A stretch of 64,000 bases of DNA from Escherichia coli O127:H6 str. E2348/69. Lineage in GTDB: Bacteria; Pseudomonadota; Gammaproteobacteria; Enterobacterales; Enterobacteriaceae. The stretch's first letter is position 1; every line of letters starts with the position of its first letter. The position numbers were made by a program, and so were the translations under genes. The DNA lies in the NCBI RefSeq assembly GCF_000026545.1, contig NC_011601.1, one strand, 5' to 3'. This document shows, one piece after another, positions 12,399-22,675 of this stretch. The notes below the pieces were generated by a model. That model was not told the origin of the DNA. It did not search any database and was given only the letters and a program-made list of their open reading frames with translations.

Positions 12399-13913
12399 TC
12401 ACGTCTGACTTACCTTTTTCTCCCCCCCCAGCAAACTCCCCAACATCCCACGCACAATCTGATTCGTCACCTGGCGGGCGGCGCTTTTCGCCATTGTTTG
12501 CACCACACCATCTTTCTTCCCGCCGCGTGGTCCGGTAGTGCCAAACAAAATATCCTTCAATCCACCAAGAATACCGTCATCCACCGCCACCTCTTTCCCT
12601 TTCGCGGGAGGATTATTTTGCTGCTCGGTACTGGCCTGAAAGCCTTTTTGCAACATCTCATAGGCGGATTCCCGGTCCACGTCATCCTCGTACTTGCCAT
12701 ACACCGGAGAGTGATTAATCAAGCCATTACGCTCATCTTCCGTCACCGGCCCCATTCGTGAACAGGGGGCAATCACCATCGCCCGTTCCACCACTGAAGG
12801 GCTTCCTTTCGCATCGAGAAACGAGATTAACGCCTCGCCGGTCCCCAGTTCCTGGATTGCCTTTTCGGTATCAAACGCCGGATTGGCCCGCATGGTTTGC
12901 GCCGCAGCTTTTACTGCTTTCTGATCTTTGGGCGTAAAAGCCCGCAAAGCGTGTTGAACGCGATTACCGAGCTGGCCGAGCACATTATCCGGAATATCAG
13001 ACGGGTTTTGCGAAACGAACCAGACGCCCACGCCTTTTGAGCGAATAAGCCTTATCACCTGCTCAATCTTATCCAGCAGTACCTGCGGTGCGTCATTAAA
13101 CAGCAGATGCGCCTCGTCGAAGAAAAACACAAGTTTTGGTTTCTCCAGATCGCCCGCTTCTGGCAATTGTTCATACAACTCTGAAAGCATCCACAGCAGG
13201 CTGGCGGCGTACAGTTTAGGCATCTGATAAAGCTTTTCGGCGCTGAGGATATTGATAACGCCTTTACCGTTAGCATCGTTGCGCATCCAGTCTTTGATAT
13301 CCAGCATCGGCTCGCCAAAGAAATGCGCCGCACCTTGTTGCTCCAGCGACAGTAATCCGCGCTGGATGGCACCAACCGATGCGCTACTGATATTTCCGTA
13401 CTGATTCTGGAAGGATTTGGCGTTATCGCCGATGTACTGGGTAATCGCCCGCAGATCTTTAAAGTCGAGCAGTAACAGCCCCTGATCGTCAGCAATACGG
13501 AAGATGATATCCAGCACGCCAGATTGCACATCGTTGAGATTCAGCAGTCGCGCCAGCAACAGCGGGCCCAGATCCGAAACCGTCGCCCGCACCGGATGGC
13601 CTTTCTCGCCAAAGATATCCCACACCACCACCGGATTGGCATGCGGTTGCCAGTCGTTGACGCCGATATTTTTCAGTCTTGCGAGCAGTTTTTCCGACGC
13701 CTTTCCTGACTGCGCGATGCCGGTCAGATCGCCTTTCACATCGGCCATAAACACCGGAACACCGATTTCCGACAATGACTCTGCCAGTTTTTGCAGCGTG
13801 ACAGTTTTACCCGTCCCCGTTGCGCCAGTAATCAGCCCGTGACGGTTAGCCATTCCCGGCAGTAAAAACAGTTCTGTGTCCGGCGTGCGGGCAATTAACA
13901 GGGGTTCGCTCAT
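12399..13913 (-). CDS. yjgR: Putative ATPase of the HerA/FtsK-like DUF853 family
   Basis: Walker A GATGTGKT and Walker B-like [10 protein letters not shown] motifs; start chosen at the ATG at 13911-13913 preceded by GGAGG; about 504 aa. Confidence 0.8.
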   Translation of the reverse strand: MSEPLLIARTPDTELFLLPGMANRHGLITGATGTGKTVTLQKLAESLSEIGVPVFMADVKGDLTGIAQSGKASEKLLARLKNIGVNDWQPHANPVVVWDIFGEKGHPVRATVSDLGPLLLARLLNLNDVQSGVLDIIFRIADDQGLLLLDFKDLRAITQYIGDNAKSFQNQYGNISSASVGAIQRGLLSLEQQGAAHFFGEPMLDIKDWMRNDANGKGVINILSAEKLYQMPKLYAASLLWMLSELYEQLPEAGDLEKPKLVFFFDEAHLLFNDAPQVLLDKIEQVIRLIRSKGVGVWFVSQNPSDIPDNVLGQLGNRVQHALRAFTPKDQKAVKAAAQTMRANPAFDTEKAIQELGTGEALISFLDAKGSPSVVERAMVIAPCSRMGPVTEDERNGLINHSPVYGKYEDDVDRESAYEMLQKGFQASTEQQNNPPAKGKEVAVDDGILGGLKDILFGTTGPRGGKKDGVVQTMAKSAARQVTNQIVRGMLGSLLGGEKKVSQT

Positions 13914-14042
13914 GAGATTTCCTCCAGTTTCCTGCCTGGAGTATAGGCAACGGCTGCGCACTCTTCACCGCTAAATTCAGCAGATTGCGAGATGCCTTCC
14001 AAAGAGATTTAAGTGCCGGGCGACAGGCACCCGGCAAAGGGA

Positions 14043-15062
14043 TCAGAAATCGGCTTTCAGAACCACGCGATAACGCGCCTTACCGTCGCGCACATGCTGG
14101 ATGGCGTCGTTAATTTTCGACATCGGGAACAGTTCGGTAGTCGGCGCAACCTTGCTGCGGGCGGCAAAGCGCATCAGCTTACGCAACTCATAAGGTGTAC
14201 CGGTAGCAGAGCCAGAGACACTGCGATCGCCCGCAATCAGCGTAAAGGCCGGAACCGGCAACGGCGTGAGAACCGCACCGACGGTGTGGAAATTACCGCC
14301 ATACGTCAGCGCCTCAAAATAAGGCTGCCAGTCGAGGCTGACGTTGACGGTGTTGATAATGAGATCAAACTGCCCCGCCAGTGCTTTCAGTGCCTGTGGA
14401 TCGCGGCTATTCACCACTTTATCGGCACCCATCACCAGCACTTCCTGCTCTTTCGCCGGATTAGAACTAAAGGCTGTCACCTCGCATCCCATTGCGTGCA
14501 GAAGTTTTATAGCTATATGCCCCAGCCCGCCAATACCAATTACCCCAACGCGGCTGGTGGCAGTGATATGGTGCATCAACAGCGGTTTAAAGACCGTGAT
14601 ACCGCCGCACAACAGCGGTCCGGCAGATTCAATGTCGATATTTTCTGGCAGTGGAATCACCCATTGCCAGTCCGCACGCAACTTCTCGGCAAAGCCACCG
14701 CGATTCATAATCGTCGGCACCGCACCTTGCTCGCAGTTGATCTGATTACCGCTAATACAGGCATCGCAATGCCCGCAGCTGCGTGCCGTCCAGCCAATCC
14801 CGACACGCTGACCGACCTGCAAACCTTTATCCTGCGCGGCACTCCCGAGCGCCACTACGCGACCAATCACCTCATGCCCGGCAACCAGTGGATATTGTGA
14901 AAATCCCCATTCGTTATCGATCATTGACAGATCGGAATGACAGATCCCGCAGTAATCCACCTGCACTTCAACATCTTGTGGCTTCAGTTCACCGGGATCG
15001 TACTCATAAACTTCCAGTTCGCCGCCCGCTTCTTTTGCGGCATAGCTTTTTATCATCGACAT
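14043..15062 (-). CDS. ahr: NADPH-dependent aldehyde reductase, Zn-dependent alcohol dehydrogenase family
   Basis: 339-aa product beginning [26 protein letters not shown] with GHEVIG zinc-ADH motif and GIGGLGH NAD(P) motif; matches Ahr/YjgB. Confidence 0.85.
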   Translation of the reverse strand: MSMIKSYAAKEAGGELEVYEYDPGELKPQDVEVQVDYCGICHSDLSMIDNEWGFSQYPLVAGHEVIGRVVALGSAAQDKGLQVGQRVGIGWTARSCGHCDACISGNQINCEQGAVPTIMNRGGFAEKLRADWQWVIPLPENIDIESAGPLLCGGITVFKPLLMHHITATSRVGVIGIGGLGHIAIKLLHAMGCEVTAFSSNPAKEQEVLVMGADKVVNSRDPQALKALAGQFDLIINTVNVSLDWQPYFEALTYGGNFHTVGAVLTPLPVPAFTLIAGDRSVSGSATGTPYELRKLMRFAARSKVAPTTELFPMSKINDAIQHVRDGKARYRVVLKADF

Positions 15063-15200
15063 TTTTTGGTCCTTCTCTGGTGTGGTCTGGGAAGTGTAGA
15101 GCATGGCAGGGCGGGGTGCCTGGAGTGTGACAAAGGTTACACATCGCGGTATGCAATGCTGAAAATTTCAGCACTTAGCGAGGTGCGAGCAAGCTGGCGC

Positions 15201-15228
15201 TTGCATGGTGGCGTGCGACAGGTATAAT
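15201..15228 (+). promoter_or_regulatory. Putative sigma-70 promoter of leuX (TTGCAT-16 bp-TATAAT)
   Basis: Near-consensus -35/-10 hexamers about 30 bp upstream of the mature tRNA 5' end. Confidence 0.6.
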
Positions 15229-15257
15229 CCACAACGTTTTCCGCATACCTCTTCAGT

Positions 15258-15342
15258 GCCGAAGTGGCGAAATCGGTAGACGCAGTTGATTCAAAATCAA
15301 CCGTAGAAATACGTGCCGGTTCGAGTCCGGCCTTCGGCACCA
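15258..15342 (+). tRNA. leuX: tRNA-Leu (anticodon CAA)
   Basis: 85-nt sequence gccgaagtggcgaaatcggtagacgcagttgattCAAaatcaaccgtagaaatacgtgccggttcgagtccggccttcggcacca; long variable arm, CCA end encoded. Confidence 0.92.
15312..15342 (+). repeat. attL core: 31-bp 3' end of leuX, repeated exactly at 30373-30403
   Basis: cgtgccggttcgagtccggccttcggcacca occurs at both positions in direct orientation. Confidence 0.85.
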
Positions 15343-15859
15343 AGTCACTAAATTTCTTACAATACAATAAGTTAGGAAATAAAATCTATCTCTTTTGCCT
15401 GTAAGAAATGCTCTGTTATGTCCCTTGAAAAAGCCGCTGTGGTTGATAGTGGTAATTGGGATGTTAACTCATAGCGGCGTGTAGTTCCAAGCGTCAAACA
15501 CGTACTGACTCAACTTGAAAGCTATGACGTAGCCACCGTCTCTAAACAATCCCAAAAACTTTTAGTGAAGCGCATTTTAGCCCGATGCCCCCGTTCTGTC
15601 GCCGTCGCGAGACGCCGCAGGGGATAAACAGGTTTATGGTGGTCACGGTACTTGCAGACCATATGCAAGCTCTGCCAGCGGTTCGGCCTCGCTCCCCTTG
15701 GGTACATGGTCATCCTGATAAGCCTCACTAACTGACATAACTGTGATGTAGTCGCCAGAGGCTCCGCTTGTTGTCTTACCACCAACGGGGCTTATGACTT
15801 TTATTGTGTCAGTAAACGGCATATTATCAGTGATAGTTCAAACAGTTAGTAGGTAGAAA

Positions 15860-16408
15860 ATGAAGACCAAAAGAAAGAGCTTTGATCAATTCTTATGGCA
15901 TGATATTGATTTTGAAGATGATGCTGCAAAACAGGAAGAATACCTTGAATCTGCATTGCCACTTATTGGCCAGATTGTTATGTATTTCAATGCGCTAGAG
16001 AAAGAATTAGATAAAGTCATTTATGAAGGATTCAGCGATCGGTCAGATCAGTTAGGAATAATAATTGTGCATAACATGAATTATGCAGCAAAAGTCGAGT
16101 TATTTAGACGTCACTCCGAATTATTCCATTTGGGTGTTGGGCAGCATGTTGATATGTTTGAAGGTCTTATAAAGGATCTCAAGGAATGTGGACGGTTACG
16201 AAACATTACTGTACATGCTGACTGGGATAGCACTGATGTCGAAGGATATACATATTTAGGCATCAAAATAACTAACAATGGAATATCTCAGGAATATATC
16301 CAGTTTGACCTGGGGTCGTTGGAAAGTATCCTTCAATTGATTTTCAGTACGAGATATAAGTTGAGTGATTATTCAGACTTAAGGGGAGATATACTGGCTT
16401 CACATTAG
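15860..16408 (+). CDS. Hypothetical protein with HEPN-like R-N-x3-H motif (possible RNase/abortive-infection-type toxin)
   Basis: 182-aa ORF in AT-rich DNA; RLRNITVH motif at about residues 112-119 fits the HEPN Rx4-6H signature. Motif-level evidence only. Confidence 0.4.
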   Translation: MKTKRKSFDQFLWHDIDFEDDAAKQEEYLESALPLIGQIVMYFNALEKELDKVIYEGFSDRSDQLGIIIVHNMNYAAKVELFRRHSELFHLGVGQHVDMFEGLIKDLKECGRLRNITVHADWDSTDVEGYTYLGIKITNNGISQEYIQFDLGSLESILQLIFSTRYKLSDYSDLRGDILASH

Positions 16409-16477
16409 TGCCATTTTTTTACTAAATAGCTAACAAATACTATCGGTAAAAGACAACATCGCAATGGTAAAGCTGCC

Positions 16478-16948
16478 GTGAAGAAGACATTGATTGATTG
16501 GATCATAGAGACTGATAACTGGACAGGAATCGCAGCGTGGGCGGGTTTCGGTTTGTCAGTATTTCAGTTAGTAAAATCAAGAACATCGCTAAGACTTTAC
16601 CTCGGGTGTGATCAGCACGAGGACAGAATATACGTTTCGAACATAAGCGCACATGATGTAACGTTGAGTGTAGCCGGTGTCGTAACAGCCAGTGGACGCC
16701 TTAGAATGCTTTCCGACGAGTATTCGGATGAGAACATGATCACACCGATGTTACCAAGAAGGTTGAAAGCACGAGACGAAATGGTCTTGAACGTGCCCTT
16801 CATAAATAAGGCTCATCACAACAAAGTGCATCATCGTGGCGGGGTGTATATCAAAACATCTGACGGCAAGATGTTCAGTGATGTTTGTTGGATTAGACGC
16901 CAATGGTGGTGGTTACTGTCTGTAATACTGCGAGACACAAAGCGATAG
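16478..16948 (+). CDS. Hypothetical small membrane protein
   Basis: 156-aa ORF with an N-terminal hydrophobic helix (GIAAWAGFGLSVFQLV) and a Trp-rich hydrophobic C-terminus; AT-rich. Confidence 0.4.
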   Translation: MKKTLIDWIIETDNWTGIAAWAGFGLSVFQLVKSRTSLRLYLGCDQHEDRIYVSNISAHDVTLSVAGVVTASGRLRMLSDEYSDENMITPMLPRRLKARDEMVLNVPFINKAHHNKVHHRGGVYIKTSDGKMFSDVCWIRRQWWWLLSVILRDTKR

Positions 16949-17159
16949 GACAAGCGAGTCGCAGCTCATATGAGTGCCAACTGACATACGGCTCAGTTGG
17001 AATACTAGGATCGCGACTACGTGTTGTCTGCGAAAAACTGGGACTCAATAGATGGGTGTAGATTTAATTGATACGATCCTGTACGCGAATATTTCTCAGC
17101 ATAAATATCATCCCAGCGTCGGATTATGGTATTCAGAATGTGTGTGATGGTCTCTATCT

Positions 17160-17921
17160 TTATTCAGACCTTTTCTTCTTATCTTCCCATTCTTTTAAAG
17201 TGCTCTGATATCTTTCTTCATTTATTCTTTTTTCCTCGGTTCTGTCGCTTGAGTTGTAATTATCTGTTTTAATTTTCTTGGCTCCTTGGGATATCGGCCT
17301 CCAGTCCTCTCTAATTTTTTTCACTTGCTCGGCTATTTGTGTCATTGGACTCCTTGCTCCTAAATAGCTAACCCCCTCGAAAGAAGCCATATCATAAGAA
17401 TATTCATTGAGTTCTCTTTCTGTAGATCCGGGCTGTTTTGACCAACTGACACTAATAGAATAAATTTGATCCTTAATTTGCTCATACTTGCAGAGATTGC
17501 TGTTGAGAGAGTGTCCGTTTTTTAATACGCTGACCTTGCTAAATGGTACGCCTCTATTTTTTCTATGTTCTGCATTAACGAGAGGGGGATCAAATTCGAC
17601 CGCTATATCATAGGCTGGTGCATTTCCAGTATTAGCGATATTAATGTCAAAATAAAAAGCAGCCCAAGAGTTTGGTTCAAGAGTCACAACAACATGTGGT
17701 TGAACTGATGCGTCAACCATCCTTTTCGTTTCGTTTGCTAATAGCCTTGTTACTCTCCACAAGAAAAACGTAGCAACTGCTGTTAGCAGTGCTGCAAAAG
17801 CAGAGATCATTGTGCTTATAGTATCTATATGCTGTGTGATGAATTCGATCATTCTTCTCCCTCGAAATATAGTGCTTATTGTTATCAAAGGTAAGATAGC
17901 TCCCGGCTTGAAAAATTGCAC
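17160..17921 (-). CDS. Hypothetical membrane-anchored protein (probable true start at internal Met near 17852)
   Basis: 253-aa ORF; N-terminal TM helix (ISAFAALLTAVATFFLW) then a soluble domain and a charged K/E-rich C-terminus. Confidence 0.4.
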   Translation of the reverse strand: MQFFKPGAILPLITISTIFRGRRMIEFITQHIDTISTMISAFAALLTAVATFFLWRVTRLLANETKRMVDASVQPHVVVTLEPNSWAAFYFDINIANTGNAPAYDIAVEFDPPLVNAEHRKNRGVPFSKVSVLKNGHSLNSNLCKYEQIKDQIYSISVSWSKQPGSTERELNEYSYDMASFEGVSYLGARSPMTQIAEQVKKIREDWRPISQGAKKIKTDNYNSSDRTEEKRINEERYQSTLKEWEDKKKRSE

Positions 17922-18314
17922 GCTTATGGTTGCCCCTCCCTCGACGGTTAAGGCTTCAACTTCCCCCGTGCGCCTCTCCCAGCCGAAGGCTGGGCGGGCT
18001 GTATATCGATTTGCCTTCCTCTGTGGCGTTTATGACCCTGTTTCGCGTTCTTACCGTGAGGCTGTGGGTTAGGGTTACTCTTCTCTTTAAACGCTAAATC
18101 ACTCCTGAATCTCCACTGTTAAAGCACTTTGCGTTGATGCTTGGCGCTTCTCTTGGCTGTCGTTATTGTTTTGGCTTTGGTGTCATCAATCGTTCGATTC
18201 TTGCTACCTGTCTGAGTGATTACTATCTGGTATCATCAATTTAGGGTTTGACTAAATGCCACCACCAATGCAATGATGCTACCGTTTTGTGATACCAGAC
18301 GGGTGAGGTGAACC

Positions 18315-18884
18315 ATGAGGACTTTTATCTACTGCCGCGTTTCAACACGCGAGCAGGATACGCAGAATCAGGTGCTGGCTATTGAGCGTGCCGGGTATAA
18401 GGTGCCGGAGAGCAGGGTAATCAGCGAGGACATTTCCGGCAGCGTTCAGGCTATGCAGCGCCCTAAGTTCCGGGCGATGGTTGAGCACAAGCTGGAAGCG
18501 GGAGATCAGCTTGTCGTGCTGAAACTGGACAGGCTGGGGCGTGACAACATCGATGTGCAGCAGACCATCGACATGCTGTTAGAACGCGGCGTGAAGGTGG
18601 TGTCTCTTGACCTGCCAGCGCGTGATCTGACTTCATCTGAGGGCAAGCTAATCCGCCAGATGTTTGGAGCCTTTGCTGAGTTCGAGCGAAACCGTATCCG
18701 TGAGAGGACGCTGGACGGGCTGGAGAAGGCGAAAGCCAATGGCGTTAAGCTGGGACGCAAGGAAGCCACCGACACCACTCAAAAGGTGCAGGAGCTGCGG
18801 AGTGAGGGGCTGTCTCAATCGAAGGTAGCGAAGCATCTCGGCGTTAGCGTGAGCACCGTTAAACGTCACTGGAACAAGGGTTAG
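18315..18884 (+). CDS. Serine recombinase (resolvase/invertase family)
   Basis: 189 aa; catalytic-serine motif YCRVSTREQ at the N-terminus, LDRLGR motif, C-terminal HTH (SQSKVAKHLGVSVSTVKR). Confidence 0.85.
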   Translation: MRTFIYCRVSTREQDTQNQVLAIERAGYKVPESRVISEDISGSVQAMQRPKFRAMVEHKLEAGDQLVVLKLDRLGRDNIDVQQTIDMLLERGVKVVSLDLPARDLTSSEGKLIRQMFGAFAEFERNRIRERTLDGLEKAKANGVKLGRKEATDTTQKVQELRSEGLSQSKVAKHLGVSVSTVKRHWNKG

Positions 18885-19559
18885 GGGTGATGACCTACAA
18901 CCAAATGAGGTGCCAGCACTGGCCGTTACTGGGCTGTGGGAGATGGATGACCTACAGCTTTTGTATTTATTTCAGAGTGTTATGTTATGCGAAATCTCGT
19001 AATGCTATGATTTATAGTGTATTTTCGTATTACTTGCGGCTCTTGATGCGAAGAGATGGCGGGGCTTTAGCCGTGCCAGACGATGAGCATCAAGATCAGA
19101 TTGTGAATGTGATTCATCACTGAACAATTCGAGGGATGGGGCAGGGGAAGGGATCAAAGGCTGCGTTGTCCAATCACTAAGCTAGATTTGAAGCTGGTCA
19201 ACACGTTAGTAGTATCTTTAAAGTCGCATTTTAAATACATGTACAAAAAAGGGTTCTTCCCCTACATCCCCTTCTCCTAATCAGTGTTATCGCTTCACGC
19301 TCACCACTGGCTGCGCTTCTCGCTGTGCTCCAGCCCACTCGATCGCCTTTGGCTCATTCCCGGTCTTCGCCTGCTGTGATGCTCGGCCACTCTACGCAAC
19401 CGTGCTTGCCGTGGCATGCAACGCGGCGGGGATGTGTAGTGGAACGGTACTTTTTATCTATATTATTAATTTAATCAATCACATACTGTTATCGGTAGGT
19501 ATTCTTCAAAACATCTTCATTCATTTCTGTATCGTTCAATCATCTTTCTTGTTCGTTTC

Positions 19560-19700
19560 CTTTCAGGTCTTAGCCGTTGGTCATTGGTCTTACTGCCCGC
19601 TGTGCTACTGCCAGCTATGGCACGCCGTCACGGTCTACTGTCTGTCACCTGTCCTACTGCGTTCACTGTCTGCCGTCTGTCATCCTGTCGGATTCCATCC
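19560..19700. repeat. Pyrimidine-rich cluster of short iteron-like repeats (YTACTGYC / CTGTC) next to an AT-rich tract; candidate replication origin
   Basis: tcttactgcc, gctactgcc, tctactgtc, cctactgcg and cactgtctgcc within about 100 bp; AT-rich stretch at 19440-19560 immediately upstream. Confidence 0.3.
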
Positions 19701-20149
19701 GTTGACGTTCCGCGCTCGCTTGTTTCGGCTGCGCCGCGCTCGCTCTGCGTATCTAGCGATACTATATCACTATAGACACTTTCATAATTATATAATGATT
19801 ACAGTAACTTATGTTTTCTGTTTTAAAAGCTACTAATAAGGAGATATAGAGCATTACTTACCCGCTTTTGACCGACAAAAATCGCGTTGTTAAGTATTGC
19901 CAGCCCAGGCTCAATAAGGCTTAGCGAGGTGGTGGCTAAAAAATGAGCTAATGAAGGTATCTACTAAGGAGAAAGAATAACTCCCGAAGCGCGACAAACT
20001 CTCCGATTTTGAAAGTGACTATTAAGGCAGATAAAGACACTGACACTGTTGCTGACATGAAAACTTCTAAAAGGGCAGAGAGTCTGCCGAACCCGTACCG
20101 CTGACCCAACCTGAGCTAATACCTACCCCTATTTTCTGGAGATTTCACC

Positions 20150-21994
20150 ATGCCAACAAACCTACGCCGCCTGCTTGCGCAGGCTGCCGACGCTGACCCG
20201 CTCAATACTGCGGACGCAGATGTACAGCAAATGATCGCTGACGGGATTGTTATTCGACGTTCCAAGATATGCCCTGTAAAGCGTAAACCCGTTAAGGCGG
20301 CATACAACACAAAGACCGAAGAGTTTTATTACAATGCAGATGGCTCCGCGATGACCTTGCGGGAGTGGCGAACGCTGCACGGTGTTCAACCGAAGAAACA
20401 AAAACAGCGCTCTGACACTGGGTTGCGGCAAGTCATCCAGCCCGGCGACGCGATTCACTGCCGACGCGCTGAGATTGAGCAATGGCTTAATAAGAAGCCC
20501 GCTCGTTATGTTGACCCGCTGCCGCCAGATTTTCCCGGTGTTCGCGTAGACGATGCCGCATTGAAACCGCGCGAGCACGCCGTGCCGGAAGCGACAACCG
20601 GACAGAATGCTTTTCTCAAAGCCTGCCGCGAGTTCCTGATTTGCGATGAGAAGACCATGCGCCGTATCAGTCGGGGCATGAACCAAATGGAAGCTATGCG
20701 CAACGCAGATTTCAAACGCTACGGAGACTCAGGGGAGTTTCGTCAATTGTGGTGTGGAGAGTCGAAGCCTACCGAAGATAGATTTAATAGTTCTAATCAT
20801 CATTGTGACCCGAACGGCTTGGCTGCTTCGCCGTCTGTGCCGCCACTGAATACTGCACCGTATGAGTTCCGCCCGCTGGCTCGCTGTGACCGAAACGCAC
20901 GCGTTAGCCTGCTGCCACCTGATGGGCTGGAGTGGAGGCCGGGGCAGTTGTCTGTTGCTGATGCGATCTTTTCCCGTGGCAGTGATGTGCTTGCCGTACT
21001 GCCGACCGGGTATGGCAAAAGCGCCGCCTTCACTTATCCATTGATTTATGAGTCCCGCGCTGGCATTGGCCTGTCTGTAATCGTGGTTCCTACTAATACC
21101 CTTAAGCGTCAGATTCTCCGCCAGTTGCGGGAGGCTGGCATTCACGCTGTGGCCTTTGGCGATAAGCTACCGAGGCACCGCAACGCACAACAACTGGCGG
21201 GACTAGCAGCCGGGGCGTTCCGGGTTGCTGTTGTTTCGCCTGAACATCTGGTTCCGTCGAGTCAGGTTCTCGCGGCGCTGATGGCTTATGGCGTTGATCG
21301 TTTTATTATCGATGAGGCACACACGGTCAAAGACTGGGATTTCCGCCCAGCTTACGACGCAATGCAGCACACACTACAGAATGCTTTTCCCTCGGCTCAG
21401 CGCTGCGTGTTTACGGCTACTCTACTACGAGAAAATGAGCGCGGTTTAATGGAGGCGCTGGGATGCCGTGGCGATTACGTTACATTCCGTGCTGATGTTG
21501 CTCGCGAGAATATCCAGTTGATTCCGGTCAGGCAGTGCCGCCAGCGATACCGCGCGGCTGTTGGTCTGGTCGAGGCTCTGCCAGAGGAAGAGAAGACGCT
21601 CATTCTAGTCAATGACCTTAAGACGTTGCGGGCGTACCTGAAACTCTTCGGCGACCGGGCGCGCCCATATCACTCGAAGACGATGCACCTGAGCAACGAG
21701 GAACGCCACGCAAACGCTGAGTGGTTTGCCTCTGCGCCGGGCGCGATTCTGATTGCTACTAAAGCCTTCGGGCTGGGTGCTGATGTTCCTGATATCCGTA
21801 ACGTTGTCGTGACATACGTTCCCGATGACTTGCCTGATCTCGTTCAGATGATTGGACGAGCCGGGCGCGATGGGGAACCTGCCCGCGCTTTTCTGCTGTG
21901 GTCATCGCTGGCGCTGGATGTTGCTCCTGATGAGCTTGCTTACTTCTACCGCCCTGAAAACTGTAACTGGCAGTACATCGCTAAATACCTCTGA
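20150..21994 (+). CDS. RecQ-family superfamily-2 DNA helicase with a ~270-aa N-terminal domain of unknown function
   Basis: Helicase motifs LPTGYGKS (Walker A), IIDEAHTV (DEAH box) and GRAGRDG (RecQ-type motif VI). Confidence 0.7.
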   Translation: MPTNLRRLLAQAADADPLNTADADVQQMIADGIVIRRSKICPVKRKPVKAAYNTKTEEFYYNADGSAMTLREWRTLHGVQPKKQKQRSDTGLRQVIQPGDAIHCRRAEIEQWLNKKPARYVDPLPPDFPGVRVDDAALKPREHAVPEATTGQNAFLKACREFLICDEKTMRRISRGMNQMEAMRNADFKRYGDSGEFRQLWCGESKPTEDRFNSSNHHCDPNGLAASPSVPPLNTAPYEFRPLARCDRNARVSLLPPDGLEWRPGQLSVADAIFSRGSDVLAVLPTGYGKSAAFTYPLIYESRAGIGLSVIVVPTNTLKRQILRQLREAGIHAVAFGDKLPRHRNAQQLAGLAAGAFRVAVVSPEHLVPSSQVLAALMAYGVDRFIIDEAHTVKDWDFRPAYDAMQHTLQNAFPSAQRCVFTATLLRENERGLMEALGCRGDYVTFRADVARENIQLIPVRQCRQRYRAAVGLVEALPEEEKTLILVNDLKTLRAYLKLFGDRARPYHSKTMHLSNEERHANAEWFASAPGAILIATKAFGLGADVPDIRNVVVTYVPDDLPDLVQMIGRAGRDGEPARAFLLWSSLALDVAPDELAYFYRPENCNWQYIAKYL

Positions 21995-22031
21995 GTCGAA
22001 AGGCTCTCCCTGATTCTCTGGAGTTAATCAT

Positions 22032-22469
22032 ATGCCTGTTACCGAACATGCGCAGCGTCGTGCTGCGCGTGCGGATGCGCTCATCACCGCACAACTAGCC
22101 TTTGCCCTGAATGGGTACAACTGGGATGAACTGGCCGAACCTCATCGCAAGACCCTTAATCGTGAGGCCATCATTCGCGAGGTATCTACACCGCTGGAGC
22201 GATATTGCCTGCTGAATGATTGCGAGCCGTGGGAGTGTCTGGCCGCTGTACTGAACCGCATGAAAAGGCCGGATGGCTCGCGTCGCTGGAAAGCCGTCCG
22301 GTTGTCCGACCGGGTTTTCAATGGCCGGGTGCATCCAGTGCGCAAGACTCCTGATGAAGTTTACGCCGCCATTGCCCGCCGCTTGTTCCTGCCGAAGCCT
22401 GTGCATCAAGAAGTGATACAGCACATCCGTGCGCTTGGCTTGTTACCAGTTGGAGATAACCACCAATGA
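22032..22469 (+). CDS. Hypothetical protein
   Basis: 145-aa ORF, co-directional in a tightly packed operon. Confidence 0.4.
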   Translation: MPVTEHAQRRAARADALITAQLAFALNGYNWDELAEPHRKTLNREAIIREVSTPLERYCLLNDCEPWECLAAVLNRMKRPDGSRRWKAVRLSDRVFNGRVHPVRKTPDEVYAAIARRLFLPKPVHQEVIQHIRALGLLPVGDNHQ

Positions 22470-22675
22470 CGAAATCTGAATTTGAAAATGAAACATGGCG
22501 AATGAAGGGCTTGCTTCTTGGGGCGCTGATTCGCCGCCTTGAGGAAGATAAGGCTGGCGAGTCGCGCATGGTCGCAGCGGAGTTATCCAGTGCGGTCAAC
22601 TTCCTTAAGGCCAACGCCGTAGAAGCGCCGGACACATCATTCAACAACGTGTTCCCGGAGGATGACGAACAATGA
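22466..22675 (+). CDS. Hypothetical small protein
   Basis: 69-aa ORF with ATGA overlap with the upstream gene. Confidence 0.3.
   Translation: MTKSEFENETWRMKGLLLGALIRRLEEDKAGESRMVAAELSSAVNFLKANAVEAPDTSFNNVFPEDDEQ

Noticed and set aside
14013-14900. 295-aa plus-strand ORF overlapping ahr
   Set aside because: Antisense to the alcohol dehydrogenase gene; Arg-rich artefact composition.
15522-15785. 87-aa minus-strand ORF just downstream of leuX
   Set aside because: No RBS and Arg-rich composition; the region more likely holds the element's attL arm sequences.
18887-19836. ORFs 18887..19123, 19402..19836 and 19584..19775 in the segment between the recombinase and the helicase
   Set aside because: Low-complexity translations (Cys/Leu/Ser-rich) arising from the pyrimidine-rich iteron-like DNA; treated as noncoding.
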